Shown piece after piece: positions 46,901 to 54,389 of a DNA stretch of 56,755 nt (position 1 is its first letter; every line of letters begins with the position of its first letter). A model generated the notes under the pieces. It was not told where the DNA came from and ran no database searches. It was given only the letters and a program-made list of their open reading frames with translations. The translations under genes and the position numbers were made by a program. Origin of the DNA: a virus (taxonomy: Duplodnaviria > Caudoviricetes); IMG/VR virus record IMGVR_UViG_3300020442_002198, positions 1 to 56,755 of that record; one strand, given 5' to 3'.

Positions 46901-47999
46901 CATCACCTTCTGATATATGATTGCTTACAGCTATGTACGCATTATCTCCGAATCTAACTACGTCACCTACTTTATATGATGCTTCATCTGCCCAGGTTCC
47001 TCTCCAAAATAAGCCAGCATTTAATCTTTCCCAATAACTGCCATTAGGTGGTTCGTTTCCAATTGTAGTTGCAGTACAAAGATATGTGTAACCGTTTAGA
47101 CGTACAACATCACCTGGACGATATTCTTGAGATGTACTATCTGAACCATAATCGCCTTTAAATACAAATCCTCTAGCAAATATTTCCCAGTAGTCTGTGT
47201 TATCGTCTGGTGTTTGTCCAGCATGTGTCTGCTTGGCAATATACTGATTACCACCATAACGTACTACATCATCTCTCTGATATCTATTATTAAATTCCCA
47301 TTCGTTTTCATATTGAAAACCTTGTACAAATGTATCCCATTTTGCACTGTCTGTTGTAAATAATTCTCCTGATGTATGATAAGTATTACATAGATATAAA
47401 CCTGCACCAAATAGTACAATATCATTTTTCTTATAGCGTGTATTTGATGACCAAGCAGCTTTATAATCGATACCTTCGTTAAATGCTGTCCATTTAGATT
47501 GATCTGCTTCTAAACCTACTGAAGCATCTGCATTTGATGTGTGTAATGTGTTACAAACATAAGTGATACCACCATACTTAACAAAGTCATTAACTCTATA
47601 GCGTGTGCTTACTGTCCAGTCACCTTTCCAGTCTAAGCCTTCTGCAAAGACATCCCACTTGCTAATATCATTTTCTAATCCGTCGCTGGCAGATGCGGCA
47701 GATGTATGGTTTGTATTTGCAATATATAATCTTGCGCCGTACTTAACAATGTCTTGTAATTTATAAACTGTGCTTACAGCCCAAGTGCCTTTCCAAGTCT
47801 GTCCATCACTTACTAAATTCCATTTAGCTGGTGTAATGTTTAAATCTGTGTAAAAATCACTTGCGTCTGAAGTGTGTCCAGTTACACAAATATATATTTT
47901 ACCGCCGTATGCAACAACGTCATCTTTGTAGTAAACAGTGCCGGTTGCCCAGTCGTTTTTCCATACAAATCTAATTCTACCTAGTTTAAATTCTGCCAT
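40914..47999 (-). CDS. Giant tail fibre/spike protein (2361 aa)
   Basis: N-terminal W..+T.Y...D.V.YGG..Y.C...H repeats (CBM5/12-like); beta-helix-like RSPYVQN/NDFTQV region; KCxRD helical repeats; Asp-box S.DG..W repeats; C-terminal TGHDFLDIGTG...TDQDGNFRVG...EFSTD module. Confidence 0.75.
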   Translation of the reverse strand: MAEFKLGRIRFVWKNDWATGTVYYKDDVVAYGGKIYICVTGHTSDASDFYTDLNITPAKWNLVSDGQTWKGTWAVSTVYKLQDIVKYGARLYIANTNHTSAASASDGLENDISKWDVFAEGLDWKGDWTVSTRYRVNDFVKYGGITYVCNTLHTSNADASVGLEADQSKWTAFNEGIDYKAAWSSNTRYKKNDIVLFGAGLYLCNTYHTSGELFTTDSAKWDTFVQGFQYENEWEFNNRYQRDDVVRYGGNQYIAKQTHAGQTPDDNTDYWEIFARGFVFKGDYGSDSTSQEYRPGDVVRLNGYTYLCTATTIGNEPPNGSYWERLNAGLFWRGTWADEASYKVGDVVRFGDNAYIAVSNHISEGDDYSSNQVGAQNSRPDLDTAGTYWNSLILGNEASVLTAKGDLVYYGGSGPTRLPVGEEGQVLRVSSEKIPEWTYLGNSDDVYYVGPKGTDKLFPDAGSTVDKPFASIRYAAEQVLKGTKRKNARHLLERNRYFIQREIVEWTDYQIANDISPFTTSFTYNGAKCERDMGFLIDSFIYDMTHGGNEKSRNSANKYVTEPGNFYTLGQGDETNASITYGLTLIGHVLAQTDPAVSYQTTAGDNSTAIVAQYKNSAYTAETDALTNIQANAKIVTDAITKGDATELPKMVRPTTLIRVATGQYKEILPIIVPAECCIMGDELRATNVQPKTIYNGANLTSRSDTPFSFEALTRLEPVVGDIVRGVTVTPTTGNTETQSQLWPYGNVEEEEAAEQLARIARRRVDWLIGDKLERTLPNISDFSSAQTGYARDQLLSNKQFMAEEVTAYIKNTYPNLKYSKTKCRQDVGYIIDAVAYDLTHGGNWQSVNAGEAYWSGTGQNNLNIDSSEKTATIAAYTFLQTLAGNVAQNLLINPTYQVASQPTKVSLKDNAINRPIITQTRGAAGASADATTIQNRIQDIIDIINGGSGTETITYPSTSGVASALTTANTALVNATASIKSNMTTFITNNFPNLTYNSTKCERDLGYILDAARYDFMLGTNFASIVAAYSYLRSSGVKVLAEQKEATLAAYEYARTLAIANVNSNATAIAGVNAAFEWVEDMILGGSNEGANAKQFDTDQRIPYTEHSAQQIRLNTDFIVEEIHAHITDTFKSGVTTTTASDNSVTLQSTSWLRQWQAIKFEGTALGGLSTSTTYYVRNILSATKITLATEKGGNIVTVTNDSGSASALTVKTAYTYTKADCTRDIKAYLEAFIEDILYPADYIREYTNSISMFVPGIYKTPYAARYYANAVLGCQEEDFFYLRNGTGLRLMSIQGLIGDLQAPNANGTSRPTAGAYASLDPGWGPKHEAVWISARSPYVQNCSTFGYAAIGQKIDGDLHDGGNDSIVSNDFTQVISDGIGAWITNNGRAEMVSVFTYYSHIGYLAENGGRIRGTNGNNSYGDFGSVAEGVDPEETPVTAIVDNKFQYVATPSQVNTDADKILNLEFSHAGEQYRFADIDLFGAGSNGDVLVDEFRDNAVGQVRILDLNDSSGQLGGKGYLVVANTAQAGSTTSITIAATDGNGDSAYPGMLVVLTGGAGNGQFGKIQTYNSGSKLATVVRVSDGVAGWDHFNPGTTIVAPNSSTTYRIEPLVEFGSQSASSNGRSFASTANWSDIKFAELSKDYTGVSHSSSVGDDNATFDVTKVGVKYTVTLNDAGTGYTRGNTLTIPGTSVGGVATANDITVVVTAVNSVTGAITAIDSKGKGRQGIYIASADSSASVNHSYDGTTWTSITLPGVAPGGPTAIMGGLIDDGSSTLRTSHQVIAAQSTSSSQLWRSTDGINWNQVSAPGGPYNSAPSVAFGNNIGIVIWAGTRDIIYTTDGGVTWTEVADALPSTGYTGLAFGANRWVAVKSGSTEVAFTTNAVDWTTDAGASARNWGPIAYGNNRFVAISTNSAYAQYTLDGGLNWTEVALPAATDYSDIAYGQGMFVATRTGSSTYAYSNYGVVWATGTAQISTASGIDAVTHGSNNATPRFFAATAGSTNIASEILRPTKAWARVGVANEKVFEVRMVEPGSGYASAPSITITDNNNTFDVQTAVRLFDQTLANPSFLNRGSGYEQASAEINKNASDGFADFFQNGSNVAVRRLTKRPVAGSNVQFGDITDKIFKLVSVTSFAGTVDGDYTAFIQVSPDITVSDAPADEDDITMRIRYSQVRLTGHDFLDIGTGSFVDTNYPGTPTISPDQTKETDDFDGGRVFFTATDQDGNFRVGNLFNVEQATGVATLNAEAFNISGLQELTLGEVTLGGNSASVSEFSTDPFFTADSDSVVPTQRAIKAYIEAQIGGGGASLNVNSVTAGSIFIGTNTITTVAGQVININAKLNFKGGVVGLPVAYNYFLR

Positions 48000-48018
48000 T
48001 TTGTAACTCCGTTATGTG

Positions 48019-48026
48019 TATTTATC
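48019..48026 (-). promoter_or_regulatory. Late promoter GATAAATA
   Basis: Intergenic, upstream of GGAG RBS and ATG 47999. Confidence 0.6.
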
Positions 48027-48031
48027 AAGTA

Positions 48032-51000
48032 TTAGAAAACACCATTACTACTATCGTCTGGACGTAGTAACAAGTTTTGAGCTATAATAGATCCTGATAA
48101 ATTAGCATCATCTCCTTGTATTTTTGTTAATTTTGGAAAGATTATCTCTTGTCCACTGGTTGTATCAATTAAGTTTTGAGCACTACCTAGTAAAGTAACA
48201 CCAGCAACTAATTGATTGGTTTCTAGTTCAGATCCCCCTTCAGAAAGTCTATTAGCTAAGAATGCCGCAATAGCTCTTTGTGTAGGAATAACATTGTTTG
48301 AGTCTTCAAAAAATGTTTGATCCGTTGAAAATTCTCTAATTACAGCACCTGAACCACCAAGTCTTACACCACCTAATGCTAGTTCTGATAAACCGTCTAA
48401 ATCAAAGTATTCAGCACTAATAGTTACAATACCTGTTGACTGTTGTACTGAAAATAATTCGCCAGCCCTAAAGTTACCATCTTGGTCAGTACTAGTATAA
48501 AATACTTTACCTCCATCAAGTTCGTAAACTTCATTTTCTGGTTTTGCAACAAAATATGCGCCGCCAGCATACAAGTCTGGATAATTTGTTTGTATAAAGT
48601 TTCCAGTACCTATGTCTAAGAAGTCATGTCCTGTAATTCTACATTGACTGTAACGTTCTCTGAGTGTAACTTGAACTCCATGGTTTGTCCACCCACCATC
48701 TGTATATTCTTCTTTCAGACTAGGTGAAATTTGGACTTTTATTTTAAAATATCCATTTTCATCGGGCTGTCCTGGATAATCTTCACCGCCATAACCTGTC
48801 TCACCTTCTTCGGTAATAATTACTCCTGTGAAAATCTTTAAATCATTTTCGTCTGCTGTATCTTCATCCGGTATGTTAGGGAATATAATTTGTACACCTG
48901 GACCTGGAATTTTTGTAAGACGTTCTAAGTATATGATATTACCTTCTGGTATAATATCAGCGTAACCATTACCTGAGACAGTAATTACTGTAGAACTTGT
49001 TCTATATCCAATACCTCTATTTACAAAACTTGGTTGTGCTAAACATCCGTCGAATATTCTATTATCAAGGTCTACTGCAAGTGTAAAGTTTCCGTATACT
49101 GTGTATGTTGGCGGACTTGATGGATCATATCCACTGCCTGGCTCAAATATTCTAATCGTGCCAATTTTGCCTCCTGTTACAGTTGGTCTGACAAAAGCTC
49201 TTGCTCCTGTCCTTATTTTGTTTATACCACCTACTACACTGTCATTCTTTGCTACAGCTACCCAGTAACCATCTCCTGACGGATTACCAAATGCAATTGA
49301 ATTCCATTCAAATTGGTCTAATTCTCTTTGTGTCCAATTGATACCATCTTCAGATGTGTACATTAAATTTATAGGGCCAGTTGTAATATCATCTCCTATT
49401 AATTTACTACCAGTGTTACCTATCAAAGCAAACACTCCTTGACCGTATTTTAAATGTTGCCAATTTAATTGTGTTGAATCATCCGGACTAGGACCTGTGC
49501 CTGCATACCAAGTTGCCGCATCATGGCTATATGCTGTTCTTAAACTATTTCTATCAATAGCAACATATATGTTATCTCCGTATTGTACATCTATCCAATC
49601 CCAAGTTGCTAGTGTAGAATCTTCAGGGCTAGGTAACACAGTTTCATTAATTGTCCAATTCAATCCACCGTCAGTAGTTACTGCAACGTTTCTATCTTCA
49701 CTACCTGATATAATTACGTGTCTACCGGCTCCAAAAGTAATTGCTTGCCATTGCGGTGCTGTTGAGTCACCACTGTCTGGTATTGTCTGTTGGGTCCAAG
49801 ATATTCCGTTTTCTGACCAAAGAACAGTATTGCTATTTGTATCAAATACCATATATCTTCCGCCACCAAATACTATTCCTCCCCACGACCCTGATACAGG
49901 AAAATCTCTATCAGTCCAATTCACTCCATCTGAACTATATGCATATTTTGAAGTGCCGTCTGTTCTCAGAGCTACAAATGTATTTTTTCCTGCCGCAACA
50001 TGCCCCCAGGTTCCTACACTAGGTAGATTACCTTCTGTCCAGTTTTCTCCGTCTGTACTGTGAATAACATAGTTAGGAAGTGCAACTGCTACCCATCTGC
50101 CTGCTTTTGCTGTGCCAGACGTACTAAAAGTTACAATGCTGTTTGTGCTATCATCTGATATACTATCTACTGTGATTGTTAGATCGTTAGCAGGAGTCGC
50201 ACCGCCTAGAGATGTACCTAAAAATTTAATAGTATCACCTACAGCATATCCTGCGCCAGCACCTGTGATAGTTGCACCGTAATTATAACCACCTATTGTT
50301 ACAGTAAACGTAGCTGTCTGTACTGTAACTCCATCTGTAGTACCTCCTGGTGTTTCTGATGCTTGTAATCCAGTGTACGTTCTTTGATCTAATCCCCAAA
50401 CAATATCTCTAAAATCTCTAGCGTTAGGATTATTTACTGTAGTCTTTGTATATCCTGGATGAGAATAAATTATACGTGGCTCTATTCGATATCTTGTATT
50501 TGTTGTAAAAGAAGTTTCACTAGGTGTGCCGGGCATAATATGATCCCAACCTATTGTATTTGTAGAGTCTTTATAGATTGTAGCTATCTTAGTGCTATCA
50601 TCGTAGGCTTGTATATATCCATATTGACCTGTACCTGGGCCAGATACAATCCAAATACGCATGTTTTCATAATCGCTAAATTCGTTATCATCAGTTTGAG
50701 AAAGCGTAATAGTAGTAGTATCACCAGCTTGACAGTTTGCTTCAACAACAAGAAATCCGCCACCACCTGGTGATCCTGAGTCCAAACTATTTGCTAATCT
50801 TGCTTGCGATAAACCACCATCTCTAAATTCTTCATGTATAACACTAGCATTTGCACCAGCGCCGATAATGTCACTTGTTGCTACACTATATTCTGCACCA
50901 CTGTGTGCATACTCATATGCTAAAATAAAGTCACTTACTTCACCTGCATAAGCTGCCGCTACTATAGCTTCTCCTGTTCGATTGTTTAAACTTGCGGTCA

Positions 51001-53632
51001 ATGGCACTTCTGTTGCATCTCTACCATCAGCAATACTACCAAACTCTCCGTATGAATTATTACCATTTGTTGCACGAATAATTCCGCCATCTTCTGCAAG
51101 ATAACCAATCTGAGCATAATATGTAAACACAGAAACAAGTTCAGCTCTTGCATTATTCAATACCCAAGCACCTATACCATCTGATATTACTTGTGTAAAG
51201 TCGTTTGATACCATAGATTTATTTCCGCCAGCATGTAACGAACCGTCTATTTTTTGACCTGTTCCGCCTCGACCGAGTGTTGTAACTCCTTGTATATATG
51301 GTGATCTAGTTTTTATCCAAACAGCATCATCATCAGTACCTAAACCTGGATCTAGTGAACAATAAGCACCTGCTGTTGGTCTTTGATAAAGATCGAAAGC
51401 TCCTGGAGGGTTCAATCCACCATCCATACCATCTACAGTACAGTTACGTAAGCCTGTAGCATCATGAAGATAAAATAAATCTTCTAGTCCAGCACCTGTT
51501 ATTTCATTTTTCCAATGTCTAGCAGCTCTAATACTTCTATAATTTCCTGGATATTTTAAATCATGTTCAAAGGCTATGAAAAATAATTCTATATATTTTC
51601 TAATCCAAGCCTTATCAATATTTGTATAGGCTGTTTGATTTATATCATTCCAAGCTATACCCTGTTCAACAAGCCAGTTTCTATTATTTTTGAGTATAGT
51701 TGCACCGTTCAATCTATTTGTATCAGTGGTTATTTGTCTTGTGCCAATAACTGTTGGGTTGCTTCCTTGATTATCTATTGTGTATGCTACATATTGATTT
51801 ATAAAAACATTGTTATTCGATACATATGAAGCTGATACTGTGTCACTTACTACATCAGTGTTTATTGTTTGTTCCAATGTGTTTCCTGCCAAGGATCCTA
51901 TAGAATTATTAACAAACATGTTAGGTAAAAGGGTCATTAAATACTGCATAATATTCTGCATATAAGTGTAATCACCCGTTACATAGTCTCTTTTCTTTTC
52001 AGTTAATACTATAGTAGTAGTACGAAGTTCGTCTCCCATTACTACACAATTAGCCGGAACAATTATAGGTCCTGGTTCGAGATATCTGCCACCAGCTACT
52101 CTAACCTTTGTAGGTTTATCTCTTGAAATATTATCTTCTATGTATTGACATGCATAGTTTACACTTTTAAAAGGATATAAAGGTGTCAATCCATTTCCTA
52201 TTTTATCTTCTCCATTAGGAGTTACAAATACAACTAATTCATCTGCATAATAAGTACGCCAAACAAGATTATCATCATCGTCTATACTCAATACTTGTCT
52301 GTCATTACCTATGTTTAATGCAGTATTTCCAAAAGATGAACCATCGTTTTGTAAAGTTCTATTTAAATTGAAAGTTAGCAAATCACCATATTGATTCATG
52401 CCTGCAGGGTTTGGAGTTTCTACAACAATATCCCAATAGAAACGCCCACTACCGTTGTCTCCAGGATGGTTGCCTGAGTTACTTAAATGATATTGATTAC
52501 ATTCGTACAAGCTACCAAAAAATTGCACTGTTTCGCCAACACTGTATCTTACGTTTGACGCCCAATTTCCGGCATATTTTTGTGCATCTGTTACTTTTTC
52601 CCACAGATCTGCATCGAGATAATTTAGAGTATTTGCAGTAGTGCTATCATCTTGAGGTGCTGGCACTCCTGGTACTGTGCGTATTGCTATGTAAGTGTGT
52701 CCACCTCTACGTACAAGATCGCCTGGTAGATAATCTACAGTTCCGTTATATTCTCCTCGGAAATTATAGCTTCTTTCTAATAATATCCAACCTGTTGTAC
52801 TATCATCTAATAATGCAGGAGCAACATTTTGTGTTGTCTGTGTTGCATAAAATATGTAACCTCCATATCTTACTACATTACCATTTACATAGATTGTATC
52901 TGCATTCCAATCGCCATTATATTCAAAACCTGGAAGTTCTACTACAAATTTTGTATTATCAAATGTACCTGAGTCTGTATGTGTTTCTGTACATTTTAAG
53001 ACACTTCCGCCGTATAATACTAAATCATTTTTTCTATAAACATAAGTGTTTTCTGCGTCTGATGGTCTATATAATCCTGTAAATTCTATACCATTATGAA
53101 ATACTTCCCAAAGTGAATCTGTAGAATCATCGCCTAAAACTGCTTCTAATGTACTGCCTGCTGTATGTTCTTTGATACAACGATAAACAATACCATTATA
53201 TTTTACTATACTACCGCGTCCATAATTTGTTCCTGTTTCCCAAGTACCTTGATACCTTATTGCATCAGCAAATATTGTCCAATCATTGATATTATCTTCA
53301 AAAGCAGCCGCAGTATGCCCTTTTGTACAAATATATAAAGCACCGCCAAATAGTACAATATCACCTTCGTCATATACTGTTCCGGTAACCCAAGTGCCGT
53401 CAAAAGTCCTACCACTTGTCATTACTCGCCATTTTGGTTTTGCTAACGGAGGGTTAGAACCAGGCACTACATAGTATAGATCTGTGCTAAAAATTGGATC
53501 TGCTGTATGCGTTTCTAAACATACATAACTTTTTCCGCCTACCCTTACAATATCATCTCTATTATAAGCTGTAGCGGCTGTCCAATCGCCTTGCCAATTA
53601 TACTTAAACCTATCTAGAATAAACTCTGACAT
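48032..53632 (-). CDS. Giant tail fibre/spike protein (1866 aa), paralog of 40914..47999
   Basis: Same domain order and shared motifs (CVVMGDELR, SNDFTQVISDGIGAW, TGHDFLDIGTG, PTQRAI). Confidence 0.75.
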   Translation of the reverse strand: MSEFILDRFKYNWQGDWTAATAYNRDDIVRVGGKSYVCLETHTADPIFSTDLYYVVPGSNPPLAKPKWRVMTSGRTFDGTWVTGTVYDEGDIVLFGGALYICTKGHTAAAFEDNINDWTIFADAIRYQGTWETGTNYGRGSIVKYNGIVYRCIKEHTAGSTLEAVLGDDSTDSLWEVFHNGIEFTGLYRPSDAENTYVYRKNDLVLYGGSVLKCTETHTDSGTFDNTKFVVELPGFEYNGDWNADTIYVNGNVVRYGGYIFYATQTTQNVAPALLDDSTTGWILLERSYNFRGEYNGTVDYLPGDLVRRGGHTYIAIRTVPGVPAPQDDSTTANTLNYLDADLWEKVTDAQKYAGNWASNVRYSVGETVQFFGSLYECNQYHLSNSGNHPGDNGSGRFYWDIVVETPNPAGMNQYGDLLTFNLNRTLQNDGSSFGNTALNIGNDRQVLSIDDDDNLVWRTYYADELVVFVTPNGEDKIGNGLTPLYPFKSVNYACQYIEDNISRDKPTKVRVAGGRYLEPGPIIVPANCVVMGDELRTTTIVLTEKKRDYVTGDYTYMQNIMQYLMTLLPNMFVNNSIGSLAGNTLEQTINTDVVSDTVSASYVSNNNVFINQYVAYTIDNQGSNPTVIGTRQITTDTNRLNGATILKNNRNWLVEQGIAWNDINQTAYTNIDKAWIRKYIELFFIAFEHDLKYPGNYRSIRAARHWKNEITGAGLEDLFYLHDATGLRNCTVDGMDGGLNPPGAFDLYQRPTAGAYCSLDPGLGTDDDAVWIKTRSPYIQGVTTLGRGGTGQKIDGSLHAGGNKSMVSNDFTQVISDGIGAWVLNNARAELVSVFTYYAQIGYLAEDGGIIRATNGNNSYGEFGSIADGRDATEVPLTASLNNRTGEAIVAAAYAGEVSDFILAYEYAHSGAEYSVATSDIIGAGANASVIHEEFRDGGLSQARLANSLDSGSPGGGGFLVVEANCQAGDTTTITLSQTDDNEFSDYENMRIWIVSGPGTGQYGYIQAYDDSTKIATIYKDSTNTIGWDHIMPGTPSETSFTTNTRYRIEPRIIYSHPGYTKTTVNNPNARDFRDIVWGLDQRTYTGLQASETPGGTTDGVTVQTATFTVTIGGYNYGATITGAGAGYAVGDTIKFLGTSLGGATPANDLTITVDSISDDSTNSIVTFSTSGTAKAGRWVAVALPNYVIHSTDGENWTEGNLPSVGTWGHVAAGKNTFVALRTDGTSKYAYSSDGVNWTDRDFPVSGSWGGIVFGGGRYMVFDTNSNTVLWSENGISWTQQTIPDSGDSTAPQWQAITFGAGRHVIISGSEDRNVAVTTDGGLNWTINETVLPSPEDSTLATWDWIDVQYGDNIYVAIDRNSLRTAYSHDAATWYAGTGPSPDDSTQLNWQHLKYGQGVFALIGNTGSKLIGDDITTGPINLMYTSEDGINWTQRELDQFEWNSIAFGNPSGDGYWVAVAKNDSVVGGINKIRTGARAFVRPTVTGGKIGTIRIFEPGSGYDPSSPPTYTVYGNFTLAVDLDNRIFDGCLAQPSFVNRGIGYRTSSTVITVSGNGYADIIPEGNIIYLERLTKIPGPGVQIIFPNIPDEDTADENDLKIFTGVIITEEGETGYGGEDYPGQPDENGYFKIKVQISPSLKEEYTDGGWTNHGVQVTLRERYSQCRITGHDFLDIGTGNFIQTNYPDLYAGGAYFVAKPENEVYELDGGKVFYTSTDQDGNFRAGELFSVQQSTGIVTISAEYFDLDGLSELALGGVRLGGSGAVIREFSTDQTFFEDSNNVIPTQRAIAAFLANRLSEGGSELETNQLVAGVTLLGSAQNLIDTTSGQEIIFPKLTKIQGDDANLSGSIIAQNLLLRPDDSSNGVF

Positions 53633-53642
53633 CTACTGCTCC

Positions 53643-54056
53643 CTAATACCCTGACCCTGCCAGTCCACCATATGTAGAACTTTTTCCTTCTGATGAATGG
53701 CCTGTTGGATATGTATATCCTTCTGAAATACGTAATACAAATTGTCCGTCTGTTTGATCAACATAATATAATAAACTTCTTCCGTCCCATTTAAATTGTG
53801 GATATCTTAAGTTTGAATATAGAATATTATGTTGTTCATCTAATCCTGTTAAAAAATTAATACCTTCTTCAAAGTCTGGAAAGTTTCCATCTGCTGAACC
53901 TAACTCGTTAATTGATATAGGCTCTTCAGCTTGTCCAAGTTGATCAAGTCTAATTAAAAATAATTCACCGTCATCATTTCTACGTAATCCATAAAAGTAC
54001 CGTTTGATAAACCCGTTTAAAACATCAGTTGGACTATTTCCTATATATTGAGTCAT
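53643..54056 (-). CDS. Hypothetical tail-associated protein
   Basis: 137 aa, coupled to neighbours within the tail gene block. Confidence 0.6.
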   Translation of the reverse strand: MTQYIGNSPTDVLNGFIKRYFYGLRRNDDGELFLIRLDQLGQAEEPISINELGSADGNFPDFEEGINFLTGLDEQHNILYSNLRYPQFKWDGRSLLYYVDQTDGQFVLRISEGYTYPTGHSSEGKSSTYGGLAGSGY

Positions 54057-54385
54057 TATGTTATCTCCACGTAACTAAGCAAGACGTCAACACTATCTGT
54101 GATACTTGCTTTTACACTTAATTTATTTGATGGTGCTAGAATAAGTTTTTCGCCTCCGTTTACTGCTCGTAAACTTGTATTAGCAGGTAACAATACATCT
54201 TTCATATAGTGTCCTTGTACACTAGTATCATCGTCTATTAATACTGACACATAAACAAAACTGTCTGTAAGATTAGTCAAACTCATTCCAACAATAGTTG
54301 CTCTTTGTGCCGCTGTGGTTGACAATATTTCTACCGGTAACAAGCCGACTTGCACTACATTTTTGTTTTTAAAGGTTGTTGCCAT
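54056..54385 (-). CDS. Small beta-rich virion protein
   Basis: MATTFKN, TIVGMSLTN, GEKLIL, DVLLSYVEI; similar to 40578..40898. Confidence 0.6.
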   Translation of the reverse strand: MATTFKNKNVVQVGLLPVEILSTTAAQRATIVGMSLTNLTDSFVYVSVLIDDDTSVQGHYMKDVLLPANTSLRAVNGGEKLILAPSNKLSVKASITDSVDVLLSYVEIT

Positions 54386-54389
54386 ATTC

